A DNA stretch of 64,000 nucleotides from Longimicrobiales bacterium (GCA_965202805.1 OZ241869.1:64001-128000), one strand, 5' to 3'. Positions 18,473 to 28,874 are shown, numbered from the stretch's first letter. Translations and numbers: made by a program. Notes: a model not told the origin generated them from the letters alone.

Positions 18473-21181
18473 CTAGGGCCGTTCCACCCTCACAGGGCAC
18501 ACCTTAAGCTCGGCCGTGTCCGTGACGGGATCGTAGCCTCCGCCCGTGAGCACGTTGACGGGAGCATCGTTGAAGCTGAAGGTGGTGAAGACGGTCCCGC
18601 GCGGGGATCGCGCGTTGGCCTCCACCTTGACCATCATGCACCCCCGCGAGCTGGTCATCTTGGCCCAGCCGCCGTCCTCGAGCCCCCAGTCCACCACGTC
18701 GTCCGGGTGGATCTCCAGCCGCTCGCCGGGCGCCAGGTAGTCGATGCCGGCCGCGCGCCCCGTCTGGGTGCGGGTGTGGTAGTTGGGAAGGCGTCGGCCC
18801 GTGGTCAGCCAGACCGGGAACTCGTCGCTGATGACCTCGGCGGGATCGCGGTAGCGGATCAGCTTGAAGATCCCGCGTCCGTTCTCGAACACCCCCTGGT
18901 GCAGAATGGGCGTGCCGGGATGGTCCTTGTGCGGAACCGGCCACTGGTACTCGCCGCGGTCGATGCGGTCCCAGTCCAGCCCCGCATACAGGGGCGATAG
19001 CTCGCACAGCTCGTTGAAGACGTCCTTCGCGCTCTCGAAGTCGAACCCGGGAGTCCCCATGCGGCGGGCGATCTGCGACACGATCCACCAGTCGGGCATG
19101 GCTTCGCCGGGAGGATCCACCGCCTTGCGCAGCCGCTGCACGCGCCGCTCGGTGTTGGTCTGGACGCCGTCCGTCTCGCCCCAGGCCGTGGCCGGGAACA
19201 CGACGTCTGCCAGCTCCGCGGTCTCGGTGAGGAAGATGTCGATCACCACCAGGATGTCGAGGCTCTTGAGGGCCTCCTCGCAATGGTGCCGCTCGGGGTC
19301 GGAGACGACGGTGTTCTCGCCGTTGATGATCATCCCGTGGATGCCGTCGCCGCACGCCTCCAGCGCCCGTACCTTGGTGGGCCCGATCTCGAGGTCCACC
19401 TTGCGCCCGTACACCGCCTCGAACTTCTTCTGGTACGCGGGATCCAGAACCGACTGGAAGCCGGGGTAGTTGTTGGGCAGGGCGCCGCAGTCCCCCGCGC
19501 CCTGGATGTTGTTCTGCCCGCGCATGGGGTTCACCCCGGTGCCCTCGCGGCCGATGTTGCCGGTCATGAGCGCCAGGTTGCAGAGGCTCTGGACGTTGTC
19601 GACGCCGCAGATGTGCTCGGTGATGCCCAGGGTGTAGTAGATGGCGCCGCGCTCGGCCTTTCCGTAGAGCAGGGCGGCGCGTTCGATGTCGGCCGCGGGC
19701 ACCTCGGTGATGGGCTCGGCCCACTCGGGCGTAAACTCCTCGATGTGCTCGAGGAAGGCTTCCGCCTCGGTGGTGCGCCCCTCCACGAAGCCCTTGTCGA
19801 TCAGACCCTCGCGGTGGATGACGTGGGCCATGGCCAGCAGGAGCGAGACGTCCGATCCCACCCGGAGGGGCAGGTAGACGTCGGCGAGTTCCGCGAGCCC
19901 GATGCGGCGCGGATCCGCGGTGATGAGCTTCGCGCCGTTTGCGATGGCCCGCTTGAGGCGGGTCGCGGCCACCGGGTGGCACTCGGTCATGTTGGTCCCG
20001 ATGCAGAAGATCACATCGGGCTTTTCCATGTCCTCCAGCGGGTTCGACATTGCGCCGCGACCGATTGTTGCCGCCAGACCGGCGACTGTGGGAGCGTGTC
20101 AGGCACGGCTGCAGTTGTCGATGTGGTTCGTTCCGAACCCCCCCCGGATGAACTTCTGCATGGTGTAGGCGGCCTCGTGCGGCGCCCGCCCGGAAGCCAC
20201 CCCGTAGGCCGCGTGGCGCCCGTAGCGCTCGCGCACGCGCAGGAAGCCTTCCGCGGCGCGGTCGAGCGCCTCCTCCCAGCCGGCTTCGTGCAGCTCGCCG
20301 TCCTCCCCCCGCACCAGCGGGTGGGCCAGGCGGTCGGGGTGCTGCACGAAGTCGAAGGCGAACTGGCCCTTCACGCACAGCGCCCCCAGGTTGGCGGGCC
20401 CGTCCATGGCGGGTTGCACCCCGACGAGCTGGTTGCCGCGGGTGAGGAGGTCCACCGAGCACCCGACCCCGCAGTAGGGGCAGACCGTGCGGGTCTTCTT
20501 CGTCTCGCCGGGGACGTCCCGGTGGGCCAGCGCCTTCAGGTCGCCCAGCGCCCCGGTCGGGCAGGTGTGCACGCACTGACCGCAGAAGGTGCAGGCGGAC
20601 TCCTTGAGATGGCCGTCGAACTCGACCGTGATCTGCGTGTCGAAGCCGCGTCCCTTCACCGATATGGCGTAGTCGCCCTCCTGCTCCGCGCACACGCGCA
20701 CGCAACGGTAGCAGGAGATGCAGTTGTCGTAGTCGCGCATGATGAAGGGATTGGGATCGTCGGGGCGGCTCGCGCCCGACTTCCTGCCCTGGAAGCGCCC
20801 GGTGCGCGCCTCGTAGCGGTCCACCAGCTCGGTCATCTCCTGCGACGCGAGGCTGGTGAGCTCGTCGACGTCCACTTCCCGGTTCTCGGAGGCCAGCATC
20901 TCCATCAGCGTGCGCCGGTGCACCTCCACGCGCGCGCTCCGGGTGCGCACCTCCATTCCCGACTGGCAGCGGGCGGTGCACGACGCGACGGGCGCGCGGG
21001 CGCCCTCCACCTCCACCACGCACAGGCGGCAGCCGCCGAACGGCTCCAGCCGCGGGTCGTAGCAGAGGGTGGGGATGTCCTTGCCGTGCCGCGTGGCGGC
21101 CTCGTAGACGGTCTCTCCGGGGGTGAAGGCGACTTTTTCCCCGTCGAGAACGATGGTGGGCCCTGTCCCGTTCGTGCTCAT
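18473..21181 (-). CDS. fdhF: Formate dehydrogenase alpha subunit, selenocysteine-containing (in-frame TGA at 20099-20101)
   Basis: ORFs 20099..21232 and 18473..20050 share one frame; readthrough gives IDNCSRA-U-HAPTVAGL, equivalent to CARV-U-HGPSVAGL of E. coli FdhH. N-terminal 2Fe-2S and 4Fe-4S motifs, CPYCGVGC, RGQNNIQG, molybdopterin C-terminal domain. Confidence 0.93.
20070..20086 (-). promoter_or_regulatory. Bacterial SECIS element of fdhF
   Basis: 12 nt after the UGA on the minus strand: stem-loop GTCGCC-GGTCT-GGCGGC, whose loop resembles the GGUCU loop of the E. coli fdhF SECIS. Confidence 0.8.
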
Positions 21182-21215
21182 CGGTGTCGTCCTGTTTCGA
21201 GTTCCAGCCTGGACC

Positions 21216-22934
21216 CTAGGGTCCCGTCCCATGCCGCCCGCCCGAGCCCCGCCCCGCCATGGGGAGGGCGCCCTGTGCGGTCACGTGGCGCGAAACCGCC
21301 TCGGGAAAATAGCGCATCAGGCTCTCGGTGATCAGCGGGGCAGCGGTTCCCAGCCCGCACGCGCTGGTTTCCTTCATGGTATACCCAATGTCCGCAACTT
21401 CGTCCGCCCACGCCACCACCGCGTCGGGTCCGGCCTCGCCGGCAAGCCGCTCCGTCAGCCGCTGGGTGCCGATGCGGCAGGGGAAGCACTTGCCGCAGGA
21501 TTCGTGGGCGAAGAACTCCATCGCGGCGTGCGCCACCGCGACCATGTCGCGCGAGTCGTCGAACACCATGATCCCCCCCGCGCCCAGGAACGACTTGCGC
21601 GCGCGGATCGCGGGTTCGTCCAGCGTGACGAAGAGATCGTCGCCCGCCAGGAATCCCCCGGAGAGCCCCGCCATCGTGACCGCCTGAATGGTGCGCCCCT
21701 CGAACGGGCCGCCGGCCCAGTCGTAGAGCAGCCTCTCGAGCGGGAAGCCCATGGGGACCTCGTAGTTCCCGGGCCGCAGGATGTCCCCCGAAAGCGAGAT
21801 CACCTTGGTGCCGGCGTGTCCGTTCATCCCGAGCCCCGCATACCACTCGGCCCCGAGCGCGAGGATGTGCGGGACGGAGGCGAGCGTCTCGACGTTGTTG
21901 ACGACCGTCGGCAGGTCTTCGAAGCCGTGGGTGACGGGGAAGGGGGGGCGGTTGCGCGGGAAGGGATGTTTCCCCTCCATGGAGTTGAGGAGGGAGGTCT
22001 CTTCGCCGCAGATGTAGGCGCCGGCCCCGCGGCGGATGTGGAGGTCGAAGGCGAAGCCGCTGCCCATCACGGACGCCCCCAGGATTCCCGCTTCCTCCGC
22101 TTCGCGGATGGCTTCCGCGAGGATGTCCTCGGTCTCGGGATACTCGTAGCGCAGGTAGATGAAGCCGCGGTGCGCCCCGGTCGCATAACCCGACGCGATC
22201 ATGCCCTCGATGACCGCGTGCGGGTCGTAGTCCATGAGGGCGCGGTCCTTGAAGCACCCCGGCTCGCCCTCGTCCGCGTTGCAGACGATGGACTTCGGGG
22301 TTCCGTCCGCCTCGGCGACCGCCCGCCACTTGCGGCCGGTGGGGAAGCCGGCGCCGCCCCGGCCGGCCAGCCCGCTCCGGTCGATGGCCTCCACCACCTG
22401 CCCGGGCGTCATTTCCCCCACCGCGCGCGCGAGACCGTCGTAGCCACCGTCGCGGCGGTACCCGGCCAGGGTGGCGTGGCCCGGCTCGCGGATGGTGCGG
22501 AAGACGCACTCGGCCGCGCCGTCGGGGGCGGGCGGAGGGAGCGGAGCGGGCCGGGCCACCAGGTCGGCGGCCGAGCGCCCGGCCAGGGTCAGGTGGCCGC
22601 GCAGGACCGGGACGGGGTCGTCGCAGCGGCCCGAGCACGGCATCCCGGTCGCCCCCTCCGGCGCGAGCTCCCGAAGCAGGTCCAGCGCGCCCTCCTGCAC
22701 GCACACCGGTCCCGTGCACACACGCGGGCAGTCGAGCCCGCCGGGGACACGCGCGAAGTGGTGGTAGAAGGTGATGGTGCCGTACAGGTCGGCGAGCGGG
22801 ATGCGCAGCCCCCGCGACACCGCGCGGATGGCGTCCTCCGAGAGGTAGCCGTCGCGCGCATGGAAGGCGTGCAGCACCGGAAGGAGCGGGCCGGGCTCCT
22901 CCTTCCACCGGGCCAGGATCTCCTGGTCGGTCAT
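21216..22934 (-). CDS. NuoE/NuoF-like fused diaphorase subunit of NAD-dependent formate dehydrogenase
   Basis: N-terminal NuoE-like part (LLPVLH...VCTGPVC...CSGRC), then GLAGRGGAGFPTGRKW, NADEGEPG, GAGAYICGEETSL, ESCGKCFPCRIG, SACGLG. Confidence 0.92.
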   Translation of the reverse strand: MTDQEILARWKEEPGPLLPVLHAFHARDGYLSEDAIRAVSRGLRIPLADLYGTITFYHHFARVPGGLDCPRVCTGPVCVQEGALDLLRELAPEGATGMPCSGRCDDPVPVLRGHLTLAGRSAADLVARPAPLPPPAPDGAAECVFRTIREPGHATLAGYRRDGGYDGLARAVGEMTPGQVVEAIDRSGLAGRGGAGFPTGRKWRAVAEADGTPKSIVCNADEGEPGCFKDRALMDYDPHAVIEGMIASGYATGAHRGFIYLRYEYPETEDILAEAIREAEEAGILGASVMGSGFAFDLHIRRGAGAYICGEETSLLNSMEGKHPFPRNRPPFPVTHGFEDLPTVVNNVETLASVPHILALGAEWYAGLGMNGHAGTKVISLSGDILRPGNYEVPMGFPLERLLYDWAGGPFEGRTIQAVTMAGLSGGFLAGDDLFVTLDEPAIRARKSFLGAGGIMVFDDSRDMVAVAHAAMEFFAHESCGKCFPCRIGTQRLTERLAGEAGPDAVVAWADEVADIGYTMKETSACGLGTAAPLITESLMRYFPEAVSRHVTAQGALPMAGRGSGGRHGTGP

Positions 22935-22990
22935 GCGGCGCGCGGATCGGTCATGCGTTGCTCCCTGTCGGTCATGCGGCGGTCGCTCAT
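22927..22990 (-). repeat. Triplicated start-codon context (cgcatgaccga x3) upstream of the NuoEF-like gene
   Basis: Plus strand tcggtcatgcg occurs three times within about 55 bp. Confidence 0.7.
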
Positions 22991-23330
22991 GGACGGCTTC
23001 CAATCGGCACCTGGGGGAGAACAAAGTGGGCAAGAGATCGCGCAAAGGGAAATCCCTCGGCTCCAGAGCGCCGTAAACATATGCACTCGGGGGACTTCTC
23101 GCTCGCTTGGCACGGGTAGCGCTCGCCCGCCGCCATCCGGGCCTCGCCATGCTGCCGCGACGCCCTTGGTCGGCGGCCCTCGTTTGTCCGCCATCAAGAC
23201 CCGGATTTGTCCAACAAACCCGGCCAGGCCCTGTCCTTCGCTCGTGCGCCCGGATCGCGGTTGTACGCCGGGGTTTCGATTGCGTACCTTGGTGGCGAGG
23301 GAAGCGCGGACGGGCGAGCAGGTGCCGGAC

Positions 23331-23404
23331 GGGCCCATAGCTCAGTTGGTCAGAGCAGCGGACTCATAATCCGACGGTCGCAGGTTCGAGTCCTGCTGGG
23401 CCCA
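23331..23404 (+). tRNA. tRNA with CAT anticodon, most likely tRNA-Ile2 (lysidine type); CCA not encoded
   Basis: gggccca...tgggccc acceptor stem, D-arm gctcagttggtcagagc, anticodon loop ctCATaa, T-arm gcaggttcgagtcctgc; the GACTCATAATC arm resembles Ile2 rather than initiator Met. Confidence 0.88.
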
Positions 23405-23426
23405 TCGCCCGTCCGCCTCTCCTGCA

Positions 23427-23468
23427 GAACATCGGCCCCGCCGGAGCGCTCCGGCGGGGCCGATGTTC
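23427..23468. terminator. Perfect 42-bp palindrome between the convergent tRNA and TonB receptor genes
   Basis: gaacatcggccccgccggagc|gctccggcggggccgatgttc; no poly-U tract. Confidence 0.7.
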
Positions 23469-23505
23469 CCGGAGCCGAAACTCTTCCGAGTCCCGGCCAC
23501 AAGCG

Positions 23506-26316
23506 CTAGAAGATGATCTGGAATCCCACGTTCAGATTGCGCGGGTAGCCGAGGAAGACCTCTGCCGAGTCCGCGTCGTGGCGGTCGCCGTCGTCGTGGT
23601 AGCCGTTCCACCTGGACGCGTCGGTGGCATCCTGGATGTACACCGTGTCGAACAGGTTGTAGACGTTCGCGAAAAGGCGCAGGCTGCCGCCGTTCGCGAT
23701 CGGCAGGACATCGCCGAGCGAATACGAGGTGTGCAGGTGGAAGACCGAGTACCCTGGCGGCTGCCAGGACTGGACGCCCCGGTCGTCGGCGTTCGTGCGG
23801 CTGAAGGGCTCGAACTGGGCGAAGTGATCCCCGTAGAACAAGCCCACGAGCGACACGTAGGCGGCGTCCGACGGATAGACGGAGGCCATGAGCGCCATCT
23901 GGTGCTGGGGCGCGTCGGCGACCTTCAGACCCTCGATGTAGAAGTCGTAGGACTCCGTTTCGGAGGATTGGTCGTCGGGGCGATAGGTACCGGAGACGTC
24001 CTCCAGGTACTTCCAGTTTGCGACCGAGACGGACCAGTCGAAGCGCAGCACGTTGCTGGGCTGGTACGCGCCCTCGGCCTCGACGCCCATGTGGCGCGCG
24101 TCGACGCCGAGCAGGTTGACCAGGCCGTCCACCCCCTCCACGCCGCCGATGTTCTGGACGAATCGGGTCAGGGTCCGGTTCCTCCAGGTGGTGTGGTAGA
24201 GGTTAACGTCAAGAGAGACCTGACGGTCGTTCGAACGGAACTGGGTTCCGACCTCGTACGAGAGAAATTTCTCGTTCTTCGGGTCGGCGTTGAGCGTGCC
24301 GTTGTTGTCGTCGATCACGCCGTCGAAGATCGGCACCTTGGAGATGACGCCCGCGTTCCCGAAGATGGACCACTGGTCGTTGAGGTTGCGAACCGCGCCG
24401 CCCTTGATCTGGTAGCCGCCGATGTTGCCGCTTTCCAGCGTGCGGTAGCCCCCGGATGCGGCATCATGCCTGAAGAAGTCCACGAAGGTGTAGGAGTTCT
24501 GGGCCCACCCGGCCATGCCGTAGAGCGAGCCTGCGGTGGTGCTTTTTTCAGCCTGAACGTAGGCGCCCAGCCAGTCCACGGTGTTCTCGTTGTGGTAGTT
24601 GATCTTGTCGCCCAGGCCCCGGTTCTCCTGGGCTTCCGTCCAGAAATCGGAGCTGCAGCCGCGGAAGCAGTCGTTGTAGTAGGAGCCGCCAAGGAGGTCC
24701 CGCACCTCCCGGTAGTGCTCGATGGTGGCCGTGCGCCAGTCGACACCGACCTCGGCGGTCAAGCCCCCTTCGAAGCTCTTCCGCAGCTTGGAGATAGCGC
24801 CCAAGGTGTTCTGGTTGTTGACCGAGTTGCGGAGAATTCCGCGCGACCCGGATGAGCTCGACCTGTTGCGTTCGATGGTCGCGTCCCAGTCGGCGAATCT
24901 CTGACCGTAGCTGCTGTTCCACCTGAGCGACCCGTACGTGCCGGTACCGCCTCCGCGACCGCCGGAGTAGTACCCCACCGTGGTCAGCTGCAGGCCGTCA
25001 CCGAAGTAGGAATACCAGTTCAGGTTGACCTGCGGCTTGTGGAAGTAGTTTTCCCGTTCGTTGAGGTACCCACTGTTGTAGCGGTCCCGCTGTCCCGCGT
25101 CCGGGCCTGTGCTGTTGTACTGGGTTCCGCCGTAGCTGGAGCTGACCGGGGCGACGTTGGGGCTGCGGCCCCTGCCCACCGCCGGATAGTCCTCGAAGGC
25201 CCCGGCGTCGAATCCATCCAGCGACCGCGCAAAGTCCGGATCAAGGCTCGCGAGGTTCAGCTTGTAGAGGTTCTGGCCGTGGCGCTGCGGCGCGCCCACC
25301 GCATAGGCCTCGATCCGGTTGCCGGGATTGAGCTGGAACGAGGTGGCCAGGTAGTAGGCCCACGCGTCCATCCAGAGCGCGTCCCCGCCGGTGAAGCCCT
25401 GGTACATCCCGCTCCCGGTCTTGCGCACCACCGAACCCGTGGCGGCGAACGCCCCCATGGGCCCCGTGTTCACCACCAGGGTCTCCTTCAGCATGTTGTT
25501 GCCGAGCCCCCATCCACCGCTGTCGTCCAGGCTGCCGAGCCCGAACTCCTGCTTGTACATGAGGCCGGCGCCCCGGTCCGCGGGATCGGTGATGACGTTG
25601 ACCGTGCCTCCGATCGATGGCGTGGCCAGGTTGACCGCCGACAGGCCACGCTGGACCTGTATGTCGGAGGCCGCGTCGCCCACTCCGTCCCAGTTGGACC
25701 AGTAGACCCATCCGTTCTCCATGTCGTTGACGGGCACGCCGTTGATCATCACGGCGGTGTTGCGCTGGTTGAAGCCGCGCACGTTGACGCGGGCGTCGCC
25801 GGCGCCGCCCCCCTGCGAGGTCGCGTAGACGCTGGGGGTCACGTTGAGCACCATCGGGAGGTCCCTGGAGCCCAACTGATTCTGGATCTGCGTCTTGCTC
25901 ACGTTGGTGAAGGCCACCGGGGTCTGCCGGTCCTGGGCGCGGGTGGCGAAGACTTCGAGGGCATCGAAGGCGATCGCCTCCTGACTCAGGCTGAAGTCCA
26001 GCGCCAGCGACTGGCCCGCCTCCAGCGAGACGCCGGTTGCGGACTGGGGGCCGTAGCCGATCATGATCACTTCGACCGTGTAGGGTCCGCCCGGACGAAC
26101 TCCCTCCACCACGAACCCGCCGTCATTTCCCGACAGCGCTCCGGTCTGGACCCCGGTCACCTCGTGCGTCACCACCACCTGCGCGCTGGCGACGCCGGCA
26201 CCCCCCTCCCCGGTCACGCGTCCGGTTATGGTAGCGGCCTGCTGCGCGGCCAGATCGCTGGCGCACAGGGCAACCAGCACGGCGAGAACTGCATTCAGAC
26301 GAATTCTGGACAACAT
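23506..26316 (-). CDS. TonB-dependent receptor with N-terminal carboxypeptidase-regulatory-like domain
   Basis: Signal peptide; plug motif VNVRGFNQRNTAVMINGVPVNDMENG; C-terminal GYPRNLNVGFQIIF. Confidence 0.92.
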   Translation of the reverse strand: MLSRIRLNAVLAVLVALCASDLAAQQAATITGRVTGEGGAGVASAQVVVTHEVTGVQTGALSGNDGGFVVEGVRPGGPYTVEVIMIGYGPQSATGVSLEAGQSLALDFSLSQEAIAFDALEVFATRAQDRQTPVAFTNVSKTQIQNQLGSRDLPMVLNVTPSVYATSQGGGAGDARVNVRGFNQRNTAVMINGVPVNDMENGWVYWSNWDGVGDAASDIQVQRGLSAVNLATPSIGGTVNVITDPADRGAGLMYKQEFGLGSLDDSGGWGLGNNMLKETLVVNTGPMGAFAATGSVVRKTGSGMYQGFTGGDALWMDAWAYYLATSFQLNPGNRIEAYAVGAPQRHGQNLYKLNLASLDPDFARSLDGFDAGAFEDYPAVGRGRSPNVAPVSSSYGGTQYNSTGPDAGQRDRYNSGYLNERENYFHKPQVNLNWYSYFGDGLQLTTVGYYSGGRGGGTGTYGSLRWNSSYGQRFADWDATIERNRSSSSGSRGILRNSVNNQNTLGAISKLRKSFEGGLTAEVGVDWRTATIEHYREVRDLLGGSYYNDCFRGCSSDFWTEAQENRGLGDKINYHNENTVDWLGAYVQAEKSTTAGSLYGMAGWAQNSYTFVDFFRHDAASGGYRTLESGNIGGYQIKGGAVRNLNDQWSIFGNAGVISKVPIFDGVIDDNNGTLNADPKNEKFLSYEVGTQFRSNDRQVSLDVNLYHTTWRNRTLTRFVQNIGGVEGVDGLVNLLGVDARHMGVEAEGAYQPSNVLRFDWSVSVANWKYLEDVSGTYRPDDQSSETESYDFYIEGLKVADAPQHQMALMASVYPSDAAYVSLVGLFYGDHFAQFEPFSRTNADDRGVQSWQPPGYSVFHLHTSYSLGDVLPIANGGSLRLFANVYNLFDTVYIQDATDASRWNGYHDDGDRHDADSAEVFLGYPRNLNVGFQIIF

Positions 26317-26550
26317 CGGCTATCCTCCCATTGCAAGGCGTTGGATGACGATACCAAAATATCACGTAATGCCAGCCGAAGCAGCACCTTAAGCGGTCAC
26401 TATCTCGTAACGGAGAAACAGAGCTGTGCGGGCGAGACGCGAAACGCCCTGCGGCCCGGAGAGAGCGGGGGGGCGCTGGCGAATGCCCGGTCCGCGACTC
26501 GGCGCCGGATCGGGCGATCAGCACGCGAGGGACGAGGCCCGGATACCGGA

Positions 26551-27498
26551 TCAGCCTCCCGAGGATGGTCTCGCGATGAGGTAGCGCCCGAAGATCCACG
26601 CTGCGGTGAGCAGGGCGAGTCCGGCGAGCGCCAACAGTCCGAGAGTCCGGTTCACAACGTCGGATGCCTCCGAACTGATCTGGCCTTCCGGCCGCCCGAT
26701 GGCGATGTACCCCTCGGGAGTCGCCCCCTCGCCCGTCAGCGGCGCGACCGCGAAGACCGACATGCTCCCGTCCAGATCGGCGCCGTGCACGATGCCGGGC
26801 TCGTCGACCGCCTCGGGGAATCCCTCCGTCCGCATGGCTCCGATGGTGTCACCCTCGCTCTGCCCGGCCGGGAAACGAACCAGGACGCGGCCTTCCCGGT
26901 CCAGCACGGTGAACGTGGAAGACTCGGGCAGTTCCATGTCCTGCGCGATATCGCTCAGGGCACGCAGGTCGATGCTCGCGATCAGAACCCCTTCGGGCAT
27001 CCCGGTTTCATCGGGAATCGGGATGGCCGATCCGACGCCCGGACGACCCGTGACGCGTCCGATCTGGTAGTTGCCGATCACGTGGCGGTTCTCGTTCATG
27101 GCGCGGATGTAGTAGGTGCGGTCGCCCAGGTAGAGCAGTCCGTCGGGCTGCACGGAGCCGCACCCGACGTACCCGTCGAGTCCGATCACCCAGATCCCGT
27201 TGAGGTGGTTCGCCTGGTCGAAGACGCGCCCGAGGACATCGGTGCAATCCGGCTGCTGCATCCCGCTCACCTGCGGGAACTCCGCGAGCGTCGCCAGCAG
27301 TACCCGGCTCTCTTCGAGGAGCCGATTATACTCCACCGACGTCTCCCTCGTGGCGCGCAGAAGTTCCTGCTCCTGATTGGCCAGCTGGAGTGAGCGGATC
27401 TCGCCGTTCGCGTACAGGTAGATCCCGACCGCCGGAAGAAAGGCGATCAGCACGAGCAGCAGGACACGGCCGGTGAACCCCGGGTTCGACGTTGACAT
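26551..27498 (-). CDS. Membrane protein with periplasmic Cache-type sensor domain and no cytoplasmic output domain
   Basis: TM-Cache-TM layout (LGDRTYY, YQIGRVTGRP, VLDREGRVLVRFP); stops about 10 residues after TM2. Confidence 0.7.
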   Translation of the reverse strand: MSTSNPGFTGRVLLLVLIAFLPAVGIYLYANGEIRSLQLANQEQELLRATRETSVEYNRLLEESRVLLATLAEFPQVSGMQQPDCTDVLGRVFDQANHLNGIWVIGLDGYVGCGSVQPDGLLYLGDRTYYIRAMNENRHVIGNYQIGRVTGRPGVGSAIPIPDETGMPEGVLIASIDLRALSDIAQDMELPESSTFTVLDREGRVLVRFPAGQSEGDTIGAMRTEGFPEAVDEPGIVHGADLDGSMSVFAVAPLTGEGATPEGYIAIGRPEGQISSEASDVVNRTLGLLALAGLALLTAAWIFGRYLIARPSSGG

Positions 27499-27657
27499 CA
27501 GATCGGCTCTCCTCGTTGGGTGCGGTGTGATTGCTCCGCAAATGTAGCACGTCCGTCCGGATTGCGCTTCGCCTCGCGGCGAGGTGTCCCGGGACTCGCC
27601 GGATCACTAGTTTTGGCCGCGGGCCATGCTTCCTCTCCCGGTTGTGCCGACTGAACC

Positions 27658-28185
27658 ATGAACCTCGAATCCCTGGGGAATCTTGCGGAGATCGTCGGCG
27701 TCCTCGTCGTGATCGCAGGCTTCCTCTTCGGCTACCTGCAGATTCAGCAGTACGGCATCCAGCGCCGTGCCACGGCCGCCATCGAACTCGCGCGCTCGCT
27801 GCAGAATCCCCCCCTGGCGCGCGCCCTGCGCCTGATCCTCACCCTTCCGCCGGGTATCGACGGGTCCGAGATTCGCGCGCGCGGAAGCGAGTATGAGGAC
27901 GCCGCGATGCTGGTTTGCCTGACCTTCGAGTCGGTGGGCCTCATGGCCCATCGCCACATGGTTTCCCTGGAGCTGGTGTGGGAGTTCATGGGCGGGGCGC
28001 TGCTGGGTGCCTGGGAGCGGCTCGAGGACTGGACGCACGAGATCCGCGACATGAGCGGCGACGAGAAATTCAACGAGTGGATGCAGTGGCTGGTGGAGCA
28101 GTGCTATCGCCGGTACGGCCGGGAGGAACCGGCGTACCGGCGGTATGCGGAGTGGCTCCCCAGCGGGCGGGACCGCGTGGCTTGA
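27658..28185 (+). CDS. Hypothetical protein with N-terminal TM helix (DUF4760-like)
   Basis: 175 aa ORF with typical codon usage; FESVGLMA...KFNEWMQWL. Confidence 0.65.
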   Translation: MNLESLGNLAEIVGVLVVIAGFLFGYLQIQQYGIQRRATAAIELARSLQNPPLARALRLILTLPPGIDGSEIRARGSEYEDAAMLVCLTFESVGLMAHRHMVSLELVWEFMGGALLGAWERLEDWTHEIRDMSGDEKFNEWMQWLVEQCYRRYGREEPAYRRYAEWLPSGRDRVA

Positions 28186-28186
28186 G

Positions 28187-28212
28187 GGGAGGCCGCGGCC
28201 CCGCGGCCTCCC
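28187..28212. terminator. GC-rich hairpin between convergent genes
   Basis: gggaggccgcg-gccc-cgcggcctccc directly after the stop at 28185. Confidence 0.55.
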
Positions 28213-28235
28213 GGGATGTGGTCGACCGGCTCCGG

Positions 28236-28874
28236 TCAGCCCGAACGGATCGGGATGCTGATGCTGGTCTGCTCCCACTCCATGACCAGGTCGGCGCCGC
28301 CCTCGGCCTCCATGAAGCTGTAGCGCAGCTGATCGACCGCCTCCTCCACCATGCCCGGCGTCACCATGAAGCTGCCCACGTCGTTGGCGGTCACTTCGGG
28401 ACCGATGGGGATGCCCCAGCGTTCGTTGACCGAGTTGATGTGGACGGTCCAGTCACCCATGGTGGGGGTGGCGTAGAGGGAGTATGCGCCCGCGTCCAGG
28501 GCGACGCCTCCGACGCTGGCGCCCGCGCTCAGGTAGATCGCGGTGGCTTCGTTGGCTCCCATGCGCCAGGGGGCGTCGTAGGGGACCAGGGCGCCCATGA
28601 TCTCACGGGTCACCTCGGGGTTGTTGGGGTCCCTGCGCAGGGGCGCGCCGTAGCAGACCTTGACCATCACGTCGCCGAACGACGTGGAGGCGGACTCGAG
28701 CGAGCTGAGCCGGCCCTCCAGGTCGCCGCTCACGAAGCAGTCCGGTTCCATGGCCTTTTCTTCGGACTCGGCCATCTCCATGTCTGAAGCAGCCTCTTCC
28801 GCCGCCTCCTGCGCGCAGGCGGGAAGGAGAAGGAGAAGGGCGAACACGGCGGTCAGGGGCGTGAAGAGCTTCAT
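28236..28874 (-). CDS. DUF2911 domain lipoprotein
   Basis: Lipobox LPAC; CYGAPLRR, PWRMGANEAT, LDAGAYSLYATP, MEWEQT. Confidence 0.8.
   Translation of the reverse strand: MKLFTPLTAVFALLLLLPACAQEAAEEAASDMEMAESEEKAMEPDCFVSGDLEGRLSSLESASTSFGDVMVKVCYGAPLRRDPNNPEVTREIMGALVPYDAPWRMGANEATAIYLSAGASVGGVALDAGAYSLYATPTMGDWTVHINSVNERWGIPIGPEVTANDVGSFMVTPGMVEEAVDQLRYSFMEAEGGADLVMEWEQTSISIPIRSG

Noticed and set aside
20099..20101. fdhF as a nonsense pseudogene or two separate genes
   Set aside because: The TGA sits at the catalytic Sec/Cys position and has a SECIS-like hairpin; both halves are intact and in frame.
23331..23404. tRNA as an integration site of a genomic island
   Set aside because: No integrase, and no duplicated tRNA 3' end was noticed in the window.
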